The position numbers and the translations under genes are program-made. The notes under the pieces were generated by a model. That model had not been told where the DNA came from, searched no databases, and saw only the letters and a program-made list of their open reading frames with translations. Shown piece by piece: positions 36,901-49,600 of a DNA stretch of 64,000 bases (positions within the stretch are counted from its first letter, which is position 1; the number at the start of each line of letters is the position of its first letter). Source of the DNA: Yuukianura sp. NJ FZ-2021 (Eukaryota). The stretch is taken from the NCBI GenBank assembly GCA_046563655.1, contig JAJCTO010000011.1:310001-374000 (forward strand), in the 5' to 3' direction.

Positions 36901-37654
36901 TTACACCAGTCTGCTGAACAACTCCACCACTTTGACTGACAAAGCAAGACTAATTGCTGCCGCTGCTGCTCATTCCGGTGATTGGCTGAAGGCCCTACCC
37001 TCTTCACAACTGGGGACTCTTCTATCCAACGAATGCTTCAGAATTTCGTGCTCCTTGCGGCTTGGCACCAACTTATGTCTACCCCACAAATGTCGCTGTG
37101 GTGCAACTGTTAACGAAGACGGTCTTCACGGGCTGAGTTGTCCGAAAAGTGCAGGAAGACACTCAAGACATGGTTCAATCAACGATATTATTGCTCGAGC
37201 CTTTCAAACAGCCGGAGTCCCTAGCCTGAAAGAACCTCCAGGTTGTTCTCGTTCTGATGGAAAACGCCCCGACGGCATCACTTTGATACCTTGGAATACT
37301 GGACGGGACGTCACTTGCCGAGACACTTATGCCAACTCGTACCTCTCCATTTCCTCTTCTTCAAGTGGCTATCCTGCCGCTTTGGCTGAAATCCAGAAAC
37401 ACAAAGTGTATCAAGACCTAAATCATCAATTCATCGTCTCCATCATTGCTGTTGAAACTTCGGGGGTCTTCGGAGCCGAAGGACTAATTCTCATCAGGTC
37501 AATTGGTCAACGTCTTGCCGAGGTCACCGGTGAACTCCGATCCACCAACTTTTTGCTTCAACGGATTAGCATCGCCATTCAACGTGGCAACTCCGCATCA
37601 ATCCTTGGCACTCTTCCCCCGGGGAAAGGATTGGACGAAATTTTTTACCTCTAA
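33908..37654 (+). CDS. Retrotransposon polyprotein (1,248 aa from the first ATG; frame open from TTG 33800): 13-aa repeats, RFX-like winged helix, reverse transcriptase, CCHC knuckle, PD-(D/E)XK restriction-like endonuclease
   Basis: CRE-type RT motifs SAGGLDSLRPQVLK, GASLIALQKKKGGIRPIAIG, KIDFKNAFN, GVQQGDPIGP and WYLDD (~36167-36181); LPVAQGGLGIR; CRC-x9-H-x3-C (37091-37141); RHSRH; DGKRPDG (~37256-37276); AVETSG; QRISIAIQRGN. Confidence 0.92.
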   Translation: MTQRKLKNRSKMKSTSISLTPAPDSSSVQTISKVSPAPAQNAVSSPVPASSSSGSRITSVPASSDFIIIPASASNDYGSCIESVPASNDYGSCIESAPASNDYCSYIESVPASNDYGSCIESVPASSDYGSCIESVPASNDYSSCVESVPASNDPGSCIVSVPASNDPGSCIDSVPASNDYAPTSKESVPVSNDSGFCINSTPAAIESFPSPNDSGSCIVPAPASNDFGCRAASAPINVMASSSCSVPITNQHVSNTPSLTRTLQNRKITDEWIADNIISSASGSIRKLDVKSKYHQFCNSLNIRPVVDTTFGTKLRKLFPSMSTVRAGGRRHSEQSYSGIAWKDVCSSPARNSTEEDLGSILAKLKQSTHTMKHVPKGARTTAASRLSDFIDEVTSTNSAESWSNLLLFPFFAFRLPKKADRVTNLTSWVKSNICTLSPSSALNVSTLILETSSTPQSNSAIQSHIIQSKLADGDIHGAVRILCSDDSMANEDSSTLDALERLHPPYPVPLQFPDRQQSSEVVFDELELLKSISSFPNGSAGGLDSLRPQVLKELTSKITGDSGQKLLSSITKLANLIINNTIPEVIRPIFYGASLIALQKKKGGIRPIAIGLTWRRIASKLVLSRSMKDIVSYLSPVQIGVGVNNGSEAAAHAARIYVNSPHSSSKVMLKIDFKNAFNLIRRDKMLDSVKSLIPDFYNFIHQAYSSDSNLFYGSSKIKSSLGVQQGDPIGPALFAITIQPLATAIQSEFNVWYLDDSTIADKPEIVLKYLQHITTNAASFGLQLNTQKYEIIVIGGDEMESRAISSSFLSFAPDIRVCNEEDAELLGAPLSKASGRRILKMKTDDFNRLSSKLLALPTHVAFFLLRASISIPRLTYFLRCAPSFLEEDLLKDYDDSLRKVLEKILNISLSENAWIQTSLPVAQGGLGIRQANDCATLCFLASIFSCADLITSFLPGNLSPFDPSYDLATFKWSNDFDFPSNHKVQKEWEILKSSKIYTSLLNNSTTLTDKARLIAAAAAHSGDWLKALPSSQLGTLLSNECFRISCSLRLGTNLCLPHKCRCGATVNEDGLHGLSCPKSAGRHSRHGSINDIIARAFQTAGVPSLKEPPGCSRSDGKRPDGITLIPWNTGRDVTCRDTYANSYLSISSSSSGYPAALAEIQKHKVYQDLNHQFIVSIIAVETSGVFGAEGLILIRSIGQRLAEVTGELRSTNFLLQRISIAIQRGNSASILGTLPPGKGLDEIFYL
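34121..34615 (+). repeat. In-frame 39-bp minisatellite encoding (P)ASNDYGSCIESV repeats, about 8 well-conserved and 4 degenerate units
   Basis: The unit ccagcttcaaatgactacggttcctgtattgaatcagtt is repeated in tandem and is visible in the translation. Confidence 0.95.
34709..34939 (+). other. RFX-type winged-helix DNA-binding domain within the retrotransposon ORF (aa ~304-380 of the 1,284-aa frame)
   Basis: EWIADN...GSIRKLDVKSKYHQFCNSLNIRPVVDTTFGTKLRKLFPSMSTVRAGGRRHSEQSYSGIAWK aligns by eye without gaps to the RFX1 DBD as I recall it (QWLLDN...YLLHC...PVNAASFGKLIRSVF...TRRLGTRGNSKYHYYGLRIK). W, DN, Y, C, PV, FG, R, F, T-R-G-R, S, Y-G and K are conserved. Confidence 0.78.
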
Positions 37655-40600
37655 CTTTTCTCAATATATACTCTAAACCTTTTCAACCTGCCCTAGGCAG
37701 GTGTTTGTGAATTCTGTTTAATAAACTTCAAAATTTTGTAGTGTTCATAAGTTTTAGAGGCTGATTCAGAAGAGTGGGTTTTTACTGAGCGGTCTGTATA
37801 ACGTCAAAATCTAAATGTTCCGTATGCCTCCAAATGTCGCCTTGAGGTATCAGATTTCGTGTTAGAAAGATTTCTTGCTACACCATGGTTTCTAAAAACC
37901 ATGCCGGAAATCATGAAATGGAAGAATTCTACCCGCTGAACTAGTTGCTCTCTATTGCGTGAAATTTTGTACTAGTAGGTCTCCATCGTGAATTTGTAAA
38001 ATGTTTTGTAGTGTTCATAAGTTTTAGAGGCTGATTCAGAAGAGTGGGTTTTTACTGAGCGGTCTGTATAACGTCAAAATCTAAATGTTCCGTATGCCTC
38101 CAAATGTCGCCTTGAAGTATCAGATTTCGTGTTAGAAAGATTTCTTGCTACACCATGGTTTCTAAAAACCATGCCGGAAATCATGAAATGGAAGAATTCT
38201 ACCCGCTGAACTAGTTGCTCTCTATTGCGTGAAATTTTGTACTAGTAGGTCTCCATCGTGAATTTGTACAATGTTTTGTAGTGTTCATAAGTTTTAGAGG
38301 CTGTTTCAAAGGATTGGGTTTTTACTGAGCGTTCTGATAACGTCAAAATCTAAATGTTCCGTATACCTCCTAATGTCGCCTTGAAGTATCACATTTCGGG
38401 TTAGAAATATTTCTTGCTACACCATGGTTTCTAAAAACCATGCCGGAAATCATGAAATGGAAGAATTCTATCCGCTGAGCTAGTTGGTCTCTATAGCGCG
38501 AAATTTTGTACTAGTTGGTCTCCATCGTGAATTTGTAAAATGTTTTGTAGTGTTCATAAGTTTTAGAGGCTGGTTCAGAGGAGTGGGTTTTTACAGAGCG
38601 GTCTGCATAAAGTCAAATTTTAAAATGTTTCGTATACCTCCTAATGTCGCCTTAAAGTATCACATTTCGTGTTAGAAAGATTTCTTGCTACACCATGGTT
38701 TCTAAAAACCATGCCGGAAATCATGAAATGGAAGAATTCTACCCGCTGAACTAGTTGCTCTCTATTGCGTGAAATTTTGTACTAGTAGGTCTCCATCGTG
38801 AATTTGTAAAATGTTTTGTAGTGTTCATAAGTTTTAGAGGCTGATTCAGAAGAGTGGGTTTTTACTGAGCGGTCTGTATAACGTCAAAATCTAAATGTTC
38901 CGTATGCCTCCAAATGTCGCCTTGAAGTATCAGATTTCGTGTTAGAAAGATTTCTTGCTACACCATGGTTTCTAAAAACCATGCCGGAAATCATGAAATG
39001 GAAGAATTCTACCCGCTGAACTAGTTGCTCTCTATTGCGTGAAATTTTGTACTAGTAGGTCTCCATCGTGAATTTGTACAATGTTTTGTAGTGTTCATAA
39101 GTTTTAGAGGCTGTTTCAAAGGATTGGGTTTTTACTGAGCGTTCTGATAACGTCAAAATCTAAATGTTCCGTATACCTCCTAATGTCGCCTTGAAGTATC
39201 ACATTTCGGGTTAGAAATATTTCTTGCTACACCATGGTTTCTAAAAACCATGCCGGAAATCATGAAATGGAAGAATTCTATCCGCTGAGCTAGTTGGTCT
39301 CTATAGCGCGAAATTTTGTACTAGTTGGTCTCCATCGTGAATTTGTAAAATGTTTTGTAGTGTTCATAAGTTTTAGAGGCTGGTTCAGAGGAGTGGGTTT
39401 TTACAGAGCGGTCTGCATAACGTCAAATTTTAAAATGTTTCGTATACCTCCTAATGTCGCCTTAAAGTATCACATTTCGTGTTAGAAAGATTTCTTGCTA
39501 CACCACGGTTTCTAACAACCATGCCGGAAATTATGAAATGGAAGAATTCTACCCGCTGAACTAGTTGCTCTCTATTGCGTGAAATTTTGTACTAGTAGGT
39601 CTCCATCGTGAATTTGTAAAATGTTTTGTAGTGTTCATAAGTTTTAGAGGCTGATTCAGAAGAGTGGGTTTTTACTGAGCGGTCTGTATAACGTCAAAAT
39701 CTAAATGTTCCGTATGCCTCCAAATGTCGCCTTGAAGTATCAGATTTCGTGTTAGAAAGATTTCTTGCTACACCATGGTTTCTAAAAACCATGCCGGAAA
39801 TCATGAAATGGAAGAATTCTACCCGCTGAACTAGTTGGTCTCTATTGCGTGAAATTTTGTACTAGTAGGTCTCCATCGTGAATTTGTACAATGTTTTGTA
39901 GTGTTCATAAGTTTTAGAGGCTGTTTCAAAGGATTGGGTTTTTAATGAGCTTTCTGATAACGTCAAAATCTAAATGTTCCGTATACCTCCTAATGTCGCC
40001 TTGAAGTATCACATTTCGTGTTAGAAATATTTCTTGCTACACCATGGTTTCTAAAAACCATGCCGGAAATCATGAAATGGAAGAATTCTATCCGCTGAGC
40101 TAGTTGGTCTCTATAGCGCGAAATTTTGTACTAGTTGGTCTCCATCGTGAATTTGTAAAATGTTTTGTAGTGTTCATAAGTTTTAGAGGCTGGTTCAGAG
40201 GAGTGGGTTTTTACAGAGCGGTCTGCATAACGTCAAATTTTAAAATGTTTCGTATACCTCCTAATGTCGCCTTAAAGTATCACATTTCGTGTTAGAAAGA
40301 TTTCTTGCTACACCACGGTTTCTAACAACCATGCCGGAAATTATGAAATGGAAGAATTCTACCCGCTGAACTAGTTGGTCTCTATTGCGTGAAATTTTGT
40401 ACTAGTAGGTCTCCATCGTGAATTTGTAAAATGTTTTGTAGTGTTCATAAGTTTTAGAGGCTGATTCAGAAGAGTGGGTTTTTACTGAGCGGTCTGTATA
40501 ACGTCAAAATCTAAATGTTCCGTATGCCTCCAAATGTCGCCTTGAAGTATCAGATTTCGTGTTAGAAAGATTTCTTGCTACACCATGGTTTCTAAAAACC

Positions 40601-43600
40601 ATGCCGGAAATCATGAAATGGAAGAATTCTACCCGCTGAACTAGTTGCTCTCTATTGCGTGAAATTTTGTACTAGTAGGTCTCCATCGTGAATTTGTAAA
40701 ATGTTTTGTAGTGTTCATAAGTTTTAGAGGCTGATTCAGAAGAGTGGGTTTTTACTGAGCGGTCTGTATAACGTCAAAATCTAAATGTTCCGTATGCCTC
40801 CAAATGTCGCCTTGAAGTATCAGATTTCGTGTTAGAAAGATTTCTTGCTACACCATGGTTTCTAAAAACCATGCCGGAAATCATGAAATGGAAGAATTCT
40901 ACCCGCTGAACTAGTTGCTCTCTATTGCCTGAAATTTTGTACTAGTAGGTCTCCATCGTGAATTTGTAAAATGTTTTGTAGTGTTCATAAGTTTTAGAGG
41001 CTGTTTCAAAGGATTGGGTTTTTACTGAGCGTTCTGATAACGTCAAAATCTAAATGTTCCGTATACCTCCTAATGTCGCCTTGAAGTATCACATTTCGGG
41101 TTAGAAATATTTCTTGCTACACCATGGTTTCTAAAAACCATGCCGGAAATCATGAAATGGAAGAATTCTATCCGCTGAGCTAGTTGGTCTCTATAGCGTG
41201 AAATTTTGTACTAGTTGGTCTCCATCGTGAATTTGTAAAATGTTTTGTAGTGTTCATAAGTTTTAGAGGCTGGTTCAGAGGAGTGGGTTTTTACAGAGCG
41301 GTCTGCATAACGTCAAATTTTAAAATGTTTTGTATACCTCCTAATGTCGCCTTAAAGTATCACATTTCGTGTTAGAAAGATTTCTTGCTACACCACGGTT
41401 TCTAAAAACCATGCCGGAAATAATGAAATGGAAGAATTCTACCCGCTGGACTAGTTGGTCTCTATTGCGTGAAATTTTGTACTAGTTGGTCTCCATCGTG
41501 AATTTGTAAAATGTTTTGTAGTGTTCATAAATTTTAGAGGCTGTTTCAAAGGATTGGGTTTTTACTGAGCGTTCTGATAACGTCAAAATCTAAATGTTCC
41601 GTATACCTCCTAATGTCGCCTTGAAGTATCACATTTCGTGTTAGAAAGATTTCTTGCTACACCACGGTTTCTAAAAACCATGCCGGAAATCATGAAATGG
41701 AAGAATTGTATCCGCTGAGCTAGTTGGTCTCTATAGCGTGAAATTTTGTACTAGTAGGTCTCCATCGTGAATTTGTAAAATGTTTTGTAGTGTTCATAAG
41801 TTTTAGAGGCTGGTTCAGAGGAGTGGGTTTTTACAGAGCGGTCTGCATAACGTCAAATTTTAAAATGTTTCGTATACCTCCTAATGTCGCCTTAAAGTAT
41901 CACATTTCGTGTTAGAAAGATTTCTTGCTACACCACGGTTTCTAACAACCATGCCGGAAATTATGAAATGGAAGAATTCTACCCGCTGAACTAGTTGGTC
42001 TCTATTGCGTGAAATTTTGTACTAGTAGGTCTCCATCGTGAATTTGTAAAATGTTTTGTAGTGTTCATAAGTTTTAGAGGCTGATTCAGAAGAGTGGGTT
42101 TTTACTGAGCGGTCTGTATAACGTCAAAATCTAAATGTTCCGTATGCCTCCAAATGTCGCCTTGAAGTATCAGATTTCGTGTTAGAAAGATTTCTTGCTA
42201 CACCATGGTTTCTAAAAACCATGCCGGAAATCATGAAATGGAAGAATTCTACCCGCTGAACAAGTTGGTCTCTATTGCGTGAAATTTTTTACTAGTAGTT
42301 TTCCATTGTGAAATTGTAAAATGTTTTGTAGTGTTCATAAGCTTTAGAGGCTGATTCAGAAGAGTGGGTTTTTACTGAGCGGTCTGTATAACGTCAAAAT
42401 CTAAATGTTCCGTATGCCTCCAAATGTCGCCTTGAAGTATCAGATTTCGTGTTAGAAAGATTTCTTGCTACACCATGGTTTCTAAAAACCATGCCGGAAA
42501 TCATGAAATGGAAGAATTCTACCCGCTGAACAAGTTGGTCTCTATTGCGTGAAATTTTTTACTAGTAGTTTTCCATTGTGAAATTGTAAAATGTTTTGTA
42601 GTGTTCATAAGTTTTAGAGGCTGTTTCAAAGGATTGGGTTTTTACTGAGCGTTCTGATAACGTCAAAATCTAAATGTTCCGTATACCTCCTAATGTCGCC
42701 TTGAAGTATCACATTTCGGGTTAGAAATATTTCTTGCTACACCATGGTTTCTAAAAACCATGCCGGAAATCATGAAATGGAAGAATTCTATCCGCTGAGC
42801 TAGTTGGTCTCTATAGCGTGAAATTTTGTACTAGTTGGTCTCCATCGTGAATTTGTAAAATGTTTTGTAGTGTTCATAAGTTTTAGAGGCTGGTTCAGAG
42901 GAGTGGGTTTTTACAGAGCGGTCTGCATAACGTCAAATTTTAAAATGTTTTGTATACCTCCTAATGTCGCCTTAAAGTATCACATTTCGTGTTAGAAAGA
43001 TTTCTTGCTACACCATGGTTTCTAAAAACCATGCCGGAAATCATGAAATGGAAGAATTCTACCCGCTGAACTAGTTGGTCTCTATTGCGTGAAATTTTAT
43101 ACTAGTTGGTCTCCATCGTGAATTTGTAAAATGTTTTGTAGTGTTCATAAGTTTTAGAGGCAGGTTCAGAGGAGTGGGTTTTTACAGAGCGGTCTGCATA
43201 ACGTCAAATTTTAAAATGTTCCGTATGCCTCCTAATGTCGCCTTGAAGTATCAGATTTCGTGTTAGAAAGATTTCTTGCTACACCATGGTTTCTAAAAAC
43301 CATGCCGGAAATCATGAAATGGAAGAATTCTACCCGCTGAACTAGTTGCTCTCTATTGCGTGAAATTTTGTACTAGTAGGTCTCCATCGTGAATTTGTAA
43401 AATGTTTTGTAGTGTTCATACGTTTTAGAGGCTGTTTCAGAGGATTGGGTTTTTACTGAGCGTTCTGATAACGTCAAAATCTAAATGTTCCGTATACCTC
43501 CTAATGTCGCCTTGAAGTGTCAGATTTTGTGTTAGAAATATTTTGTGCTACACCATGGTTGCTAAAAACCACGCCGGAAATCATGCAATGGAAGAATTCT

Positions 43601-46600
43601 ATCCGCTGAACTAGTTGGTCTCTTTTGCGTGGAATTTTGTACTAGTTGGTCTCCATCGTGAATTTGTAAAATGTTTTGTAGTGTTCATAAGTTTTAGAGG
43701 CTGGTTCAGAGGAGTGGGTTTTTACAGAGCGGTCTGCATAAAGTCAAATTTTAAAATGTTTCGTATACCTCCTAATGTCGCCTTAAAGTATCACATTTCG
43801 TGTTAGAAAGATTTCTTGCTACACCACGGTTTCTAAAAACCATGCCGGAAATTATGAAATGGAAGAACTCTACCCGCTGAACTAGTTGGTCTCTATTGCG
43901 TGAAATTTTGTACTAGTAGGTCTCCATCGGGAATTTGTAAAATGTTTTGTAGTGTTCATAAATTTTAGAGGCTGTTTCAAAGGATTGGGTTTTTACTGAG
44001 CGTTCTGATAACGTCAAAATCTAAATGTTCCGTATACCTCCTAATGTCGCCTTGAAGTATCACGTTTCGGGTTAGAAATATTTCTTGCTACACCATGGTT
44101 TCTAAAAACCATGCCGGAAATCATGAAATGGAAGAATTCTACCTGCTGAACTAGTTGGTCTCTATTGCGTGAAATTTTGTACTAGTTGGTCTCCATCGTG
44201 AATTTGTAAAATGTTTTGTAGTGTTCATAAGTTTTAGAGGCTGTTTCAGAGGATTGGGTTTTTACTGAGCGTTCTGATAACGTCAAAATCTAAATGTTCC
44301 GTATACCTCCTAATGTCGCCTTGAAGTATCACATTTCGGGTTAGAAATATTTCTTGCTACACCATGGTTTCTAAAAACCATGCCGGAAATCATGAAATGG
44401 AAGAATTCTATCCGCTGAGCTAGTTGGTCTCTATAGCGTGAAATTTTGTACTAGTTGGTCTCCATCGTGAATTTGTAAAATGTTTTGTAGTGTTCATAAG
44501 TTTTAGAGGCTGGTTCAGAGGAGTGGGTTTTTACAGAGCGGTCTGCATAACGTCAAATTTTAAAATGTTTCGTATACCTCCTAATGTCGCCTTAAAGTAT
44601 CACATTTCGTGTTAGAAAGATTTCTTGCTACACCACGGTTTCTAAAAACCATGCCGGAAATTATGAAATGGAAGAAGTCTATCCGCTGAGCTAGTTGGTC
44701 TCTATTGTGTGAAATTTTGTACTAGTTGGTCTCCATAGTGAATTTGTAAAATGTTTTGTAGTGTTCATAAGTTTTAGAGGCTGATTCAGAAGAGTGGGTT
44801 TTTACTGAGCTTTCTGATAACGTCAAAATCTAAATGTTCCGTATACCTCCTAATGTCGCCTTGAAGTATCACATTTCGTGTTAGAAATATTTTTTGCTAC
44901 ACCATGGTTTCTAAAAACCATGCCGGAAATCATGAAATGGAAGAATTCTATCCGCTGAGCTAGTTGGTCTCTATAGCGTGAAATTTTGTACTAGTTGGTC
45001 TCCATCGTGAATTTGTAAAATGTTTTGTAGTGTTCATAAGTTTTAGAGGCTGGTTCAGAGGAGTGGGTTTTTACAGAGCGGTCTGCATAACGTCAAATTT
45101 TAAAATGTTTCGTATACCTCCTAATGTCGCATTAAAGTATCACATTTTGTGTTAGAAAGATTTCTTGCTACACCACGGTTTCTAAAAACCATGCCGGAAA
45201 TCATGAAATGGAAGAATTGTATCCGCTGAGCTAGTTGGTCTCTATAGCGTGAAATTTTGTACTAGTAGGTCTCCATCGTGAATTTGTAAAATGTTTTGTA
45301 GTGTTCATAAATTTTAGAGGCTGTTTCAAAGGATTGGGTTTTTACTGAGCGTTCTGATAACGTCAAAATCTAAATGTTCCGTATACCTCCTAATGTCGCC
45401 TTGAAGTATCACATTTCGGGTTAGAAATATTTCTTGCTACACCATGGTTTCTAAAAACTATGCCGGAAATCATGAAATGGAAGAATTCTACCTGCTGAAC
45501 TAGTTGGTCTCTATTGCGTGAAATTTTGTACTAGTTGGTCTCCATCGTGAATTTGTAACATGTTTTGTAGTGTTCATAAGTTTTAGAGGCTGTTTCAGAG
45601 GATTGGGTTTTTACTGAGCGTTCTGATAACGTCAAAATCTAAATGTTCCGTATACCTCCTAATGTCGCCTTGAAGTATCAGATTTTGTGTTAGAAATATT
45701 TTTTGCTACACCATGGTTGCTAAAAACCATGCCGGAAATCATGAAATGGAAGAATTCTACCTGCTGAACTAGTTGGTCTCTATTGCGTGAAATTTTGTAC
45801 TAGTTGGTCTCCATCGTGAATTTGTAAAATGTTTTGTAGTGTTCATAAGTTTTAGAGGCTGGTTCAGAGGAGTGGGTTTTTACAGAGCGGTCTGCATAAC
45901 GTCAAATTTTAAAATGTTTCGTATACTTCCTAATGTCGCCTTAAAGTATCACATTTCGTGTTAGAAAGATTTCTTGCTACACCATGGTTTCTAAAAACCA
46001 TGCCGGAAATCATGAAATGGAAGAATTCTACCTGCTGAACTAGTTGGTTTCTATTGCGTGAAATTTTGTACTAGTTGGTCTCCATCATGAATTTGTAAAA
46101 TGTTTTGTAGTGTTCATAAGTTTCCGAGGCTGTTTCAGAGGATTGGGTTTTTACTGAGCGTTCTGATAACGTCAAAATCTAAATGTTCCGTATACCTCCT
46201 AATGTCGCCTTGAAGTGTCAGATTTTGTGTTAGAAATATTTTTTGCTACACCATGGTTGCTAAAAACCATGCCGGAAATCATGAAATGGAAGAATTCTAC
46301 CTGCTGAACTAGTTGGTCTCTATTGCGTGAAATTTTGTACTAGTTGGTCTCCATCGTGAATTTGTAAAATGTTTTGTAGTGTTCATAAGTTTTAGAGGCT
46401 GGTTCAGAGGAGTGGGTTTTTACAGAGCGGTCTGCATAACGTCAAATTTTAAAATGTTTCGTATACCTCCTAATGTCGCCTTGATGTATCACATTTCGTG
46501 TTAGAAAGATTTCTTGCTACACCATGGTTTCTAAAAACCATGCCGGAAATCATGAAATGGAAGAATTCTACCTGCTGAACTAGTTGGTTTCTATTGCGTG

Positions 46601-49600
46601 AAATTTTGTACTAGTTGGTCTCCATCATGAATTTGTAAAATGTTTTGTAGTGTTCATAAGTTTTAGAGGCTGTTTCAGAGGATTGGGTTTTTACTGAGCG
46701 TTCTGATAACGTCAAAATCTAAATGTTCCGTATACCTCCTAATGTCGCCTTGAAGTGTCAGATTTTGTGTTAGAAATATTTTGTGCTACACCATGGTTGC
46801 TAAAAACCACGCCGGAAATCATGAAATGGAATAATTCTATCCGCTGAACTAGTTGGTCTCTATTGCGTGGAATTTTGTACTAGTTGGTCTCCATCGTGAA
46901 TTTGTAAAATGTTTTGTAGTGTTCATAAGTTTTAGAGGCTGGTTCAGAGGAGTGGGTTTTTACAGAGCGGTCTGCATAAAGTCAAATTTTAAAATGTTTC
47001 GTATACCTCCTAATGTCGCCTTAAAGTATCACATTTCGTGTTAGAAAGATTTCTTGCTACACCATGGTTTCTAAAAACCATGCCGGAAATCATGAAATGG
47101 AAGAATTCTACCTGCTGAACTAGTTGGTCTCTATTGCGTGAAATTTTGTACTAGTTGGTCTCCATCATGAATTTGTAAAATGTTTTGTAGTGTTCATAAG
47201 TTTCCGAGGCTGTTTCAGAGGATTGGGTTTTTACTGAGCGTTCTGATAACGTCAAAATCTAAATGTTCCGTATACCTCCTAATGTCGCCTTGAAGTGTCA
47301 GATTTTGTGTTAGAAATATTTTGTGCTACACCATGGTTGCTAAAAACCACGCCGGAAATCATGAAATGGAAGAATTCTATCCGCTGAACTAGTTGGTCTC
47401 TATTGCGTGGAATTTTGTACTAGTTGGTCTCCATCGTGAATTTGTAAAATGTTTTGTATTGTTCATAAGTTTTAGAGGCTGGTTCAGAGGAGTGGGTTTT
47501 TACAGAGCGGTCTGCATAAAGTCAAATTTTAAAATGTTTCGTATACCTCCTAATGTCGCCTTAAAGTATCACATTTCGTGTTAGAAAGATTTCTTGCTAC
47601 ACCACGGTTTCTAAAAACCATGCCGGAAATTATGAAATGGAAGAATTCTACCCGCTGAACTAGTTGGTCTCTATTGCGTGAAATTTTGTACTAGTAGGTC
47701 TCCATCGTGAATTTGTAAAATGTTTTGTAGTGTTCATAAGTTTTAGAGGCTGTTTCAAAGGATTGGGTTTTTACTGAGCGTTCTGATAACGTCAAAATCT
47801 AAATGTTCCGTATACCTCCTAATGTCGCCTTGAAGTATCACATTTCGGGTTAGAAATATTTCTTGCTACACCATGGTTTCTAAAAACCATGCCGGAAATC
47901 ATGAAATGGAAGAATTCTACCCGCTGAGCTAGTTGGTCTCTATAGCGTGAAATTTTGTACTAGTTGGTCTCCATCGTGAATTTGTAAAATGTTTTGTAGT
48001 GTTCATAAGTTTTAGAGGCTGGTTCAGAGGAGTGGGTTTTTACAGAGCGGTCTGCATAACGTCAAATTTTAAAATGTTTCGTATACCTCCTAATGTCGCC
48101 TTAAAGTATCACATTTCGTGTTAGAAAGATTTCTTGCTACACCACGGTTTCTAAAAACCATGCCTGAAATTATGAAATGGAAGAATTCTACCCGCTGAAC
48201 TAGTTGGTCTCTATTGCGTGAAATTTTGTACTAGTAGGTCTCCATCGTGAATTTGTAAAATGTTTTGTAGTGTTCATAAGTTTTAGAGGCTGATTCAGAA
48301 GAGTGGGTTTTTACTGAGCGGTCTGTATAACGTCAAAATCTAAATGTTCCGTATGCCTCCTAATGTCGCCTTGAAGTATCAGATTTCGTGTTAGAAAGAT
48401 TTCTTGCTACACCATGGTTTCTAAAAACCATGCCGGAAATCATGAAATGGAAGAATTCTACCCGCTGAACTAGTTGCTCTCTATTGCGTGAAATTTTGTA
48501 CTAGTATGTCTCCATCGTGAATTTGTAAAATGTTTTGTAGTGTTCATAAGTTTTAGAGGCTGTTTCAAAGGATTGGGTTTTTACTGAGCGTTCTGATAAC
48601 GTCAAAACCTAAATGTTCCGTATACCTCCTAATGTCGCCTTGAAGTATCACATTTCGGGTTAGAAATATTTCTTGCTACACCATGGTTTCTAAAAACCAT
48701 GCCGGAAATCATGAAATGGAAGAATTCTATCCGCTGAGCTAGTTGGTCTCTATAGCGTGAAATTTTGTACTAGTTGGTCTCCATCGTGAATTTGTAAAAT
48801 GTTTTGTAGTGTTCATAAGTTTTAGAGGCTGGTTCAGAGGAGTGGGTTTTTACAGAGCGGTCTGCATAACGTCAAATTTTAAAATGTTTCGTATACCTCC
48901 TAATGTCGCCTTAAAGTATCACATTTCGTGTTAGAAAGATTTCTTGCTACACCACGGTTTCTAAAAACCATGCCTGAAATTATGAAATGGAAGAATTCTA
49001 CCCGCTGAACTAGTTGGTCTCTATTGCGTGAAATTTTGTACTAGTAGGTCTCCATCGTGAATTTGTAAAATGTTTTGTAGTGTTCATAAGTTTTAGAGGC
49101 TGATTCAGAAGAGTGGGTTTTTACTGAGCGGTCTGTATAACGTCAAAATCTAAATGTTCCGTATGCCTCCTAATGTCGCCTTGAAGTATCAGATTTCGTG
49201 TTAGAAAGATTTCTTGCTACACCATGGTTTCTAAAAACCATGCCGGAAATCATGAAATGGAAGAATTCTACCCGCTGAACTAGTTGCTCTCTATTGCGTG
49301 AAATTTTGTACTAGTATGCCTCCATCGTGAATTTGTAAAATGTTTTGTAGTGTTCATAAGTTTTAGAGGCTGTTTCAAAGGATTGGGTTTTTACTGAGCG
49401 TTCTGATAACGTCAAAATCTAAATGTTCCGTATACCTCCTAATGTCGCCTTGAAGTATCACATTTCGGGTTAGAAATATTTCTTGCTACACCATGGTTTC
49501 TAAAAACCATGCCGGAAATCATGAAATGGAAGAATTCTATCCGCTGAGCTAGTTGGTCTCTATAGCGTGAAATTTTGTACTAGTTGGTCTCCATCGTGAA

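Larger units (their letters stand above)
33644..37733 (+). mobile_element. Apparently full-length CRE-like (RLE-type) non-LTR retrotransposon, 4,090 bp
   Basis: Single long RT-RLE ORF; 12-bp TSD TTTTGTAGTGTT at 33632-33643 and 37734-37745; 3' UTR with hairpin ACCTGCC-cta-GGCAGGT (37686-37702), AATAAA (37720-37725) and a short A tail. Confidence 0.93.

Noticed and set aside
37655..37733. The CRE-like element as the mobilising partner of the SINE
   Set aside because: Both end in a hairpin plus AATAAAC, but hairpin sequences, tails and target sites differ, so there is no real 3' homology.
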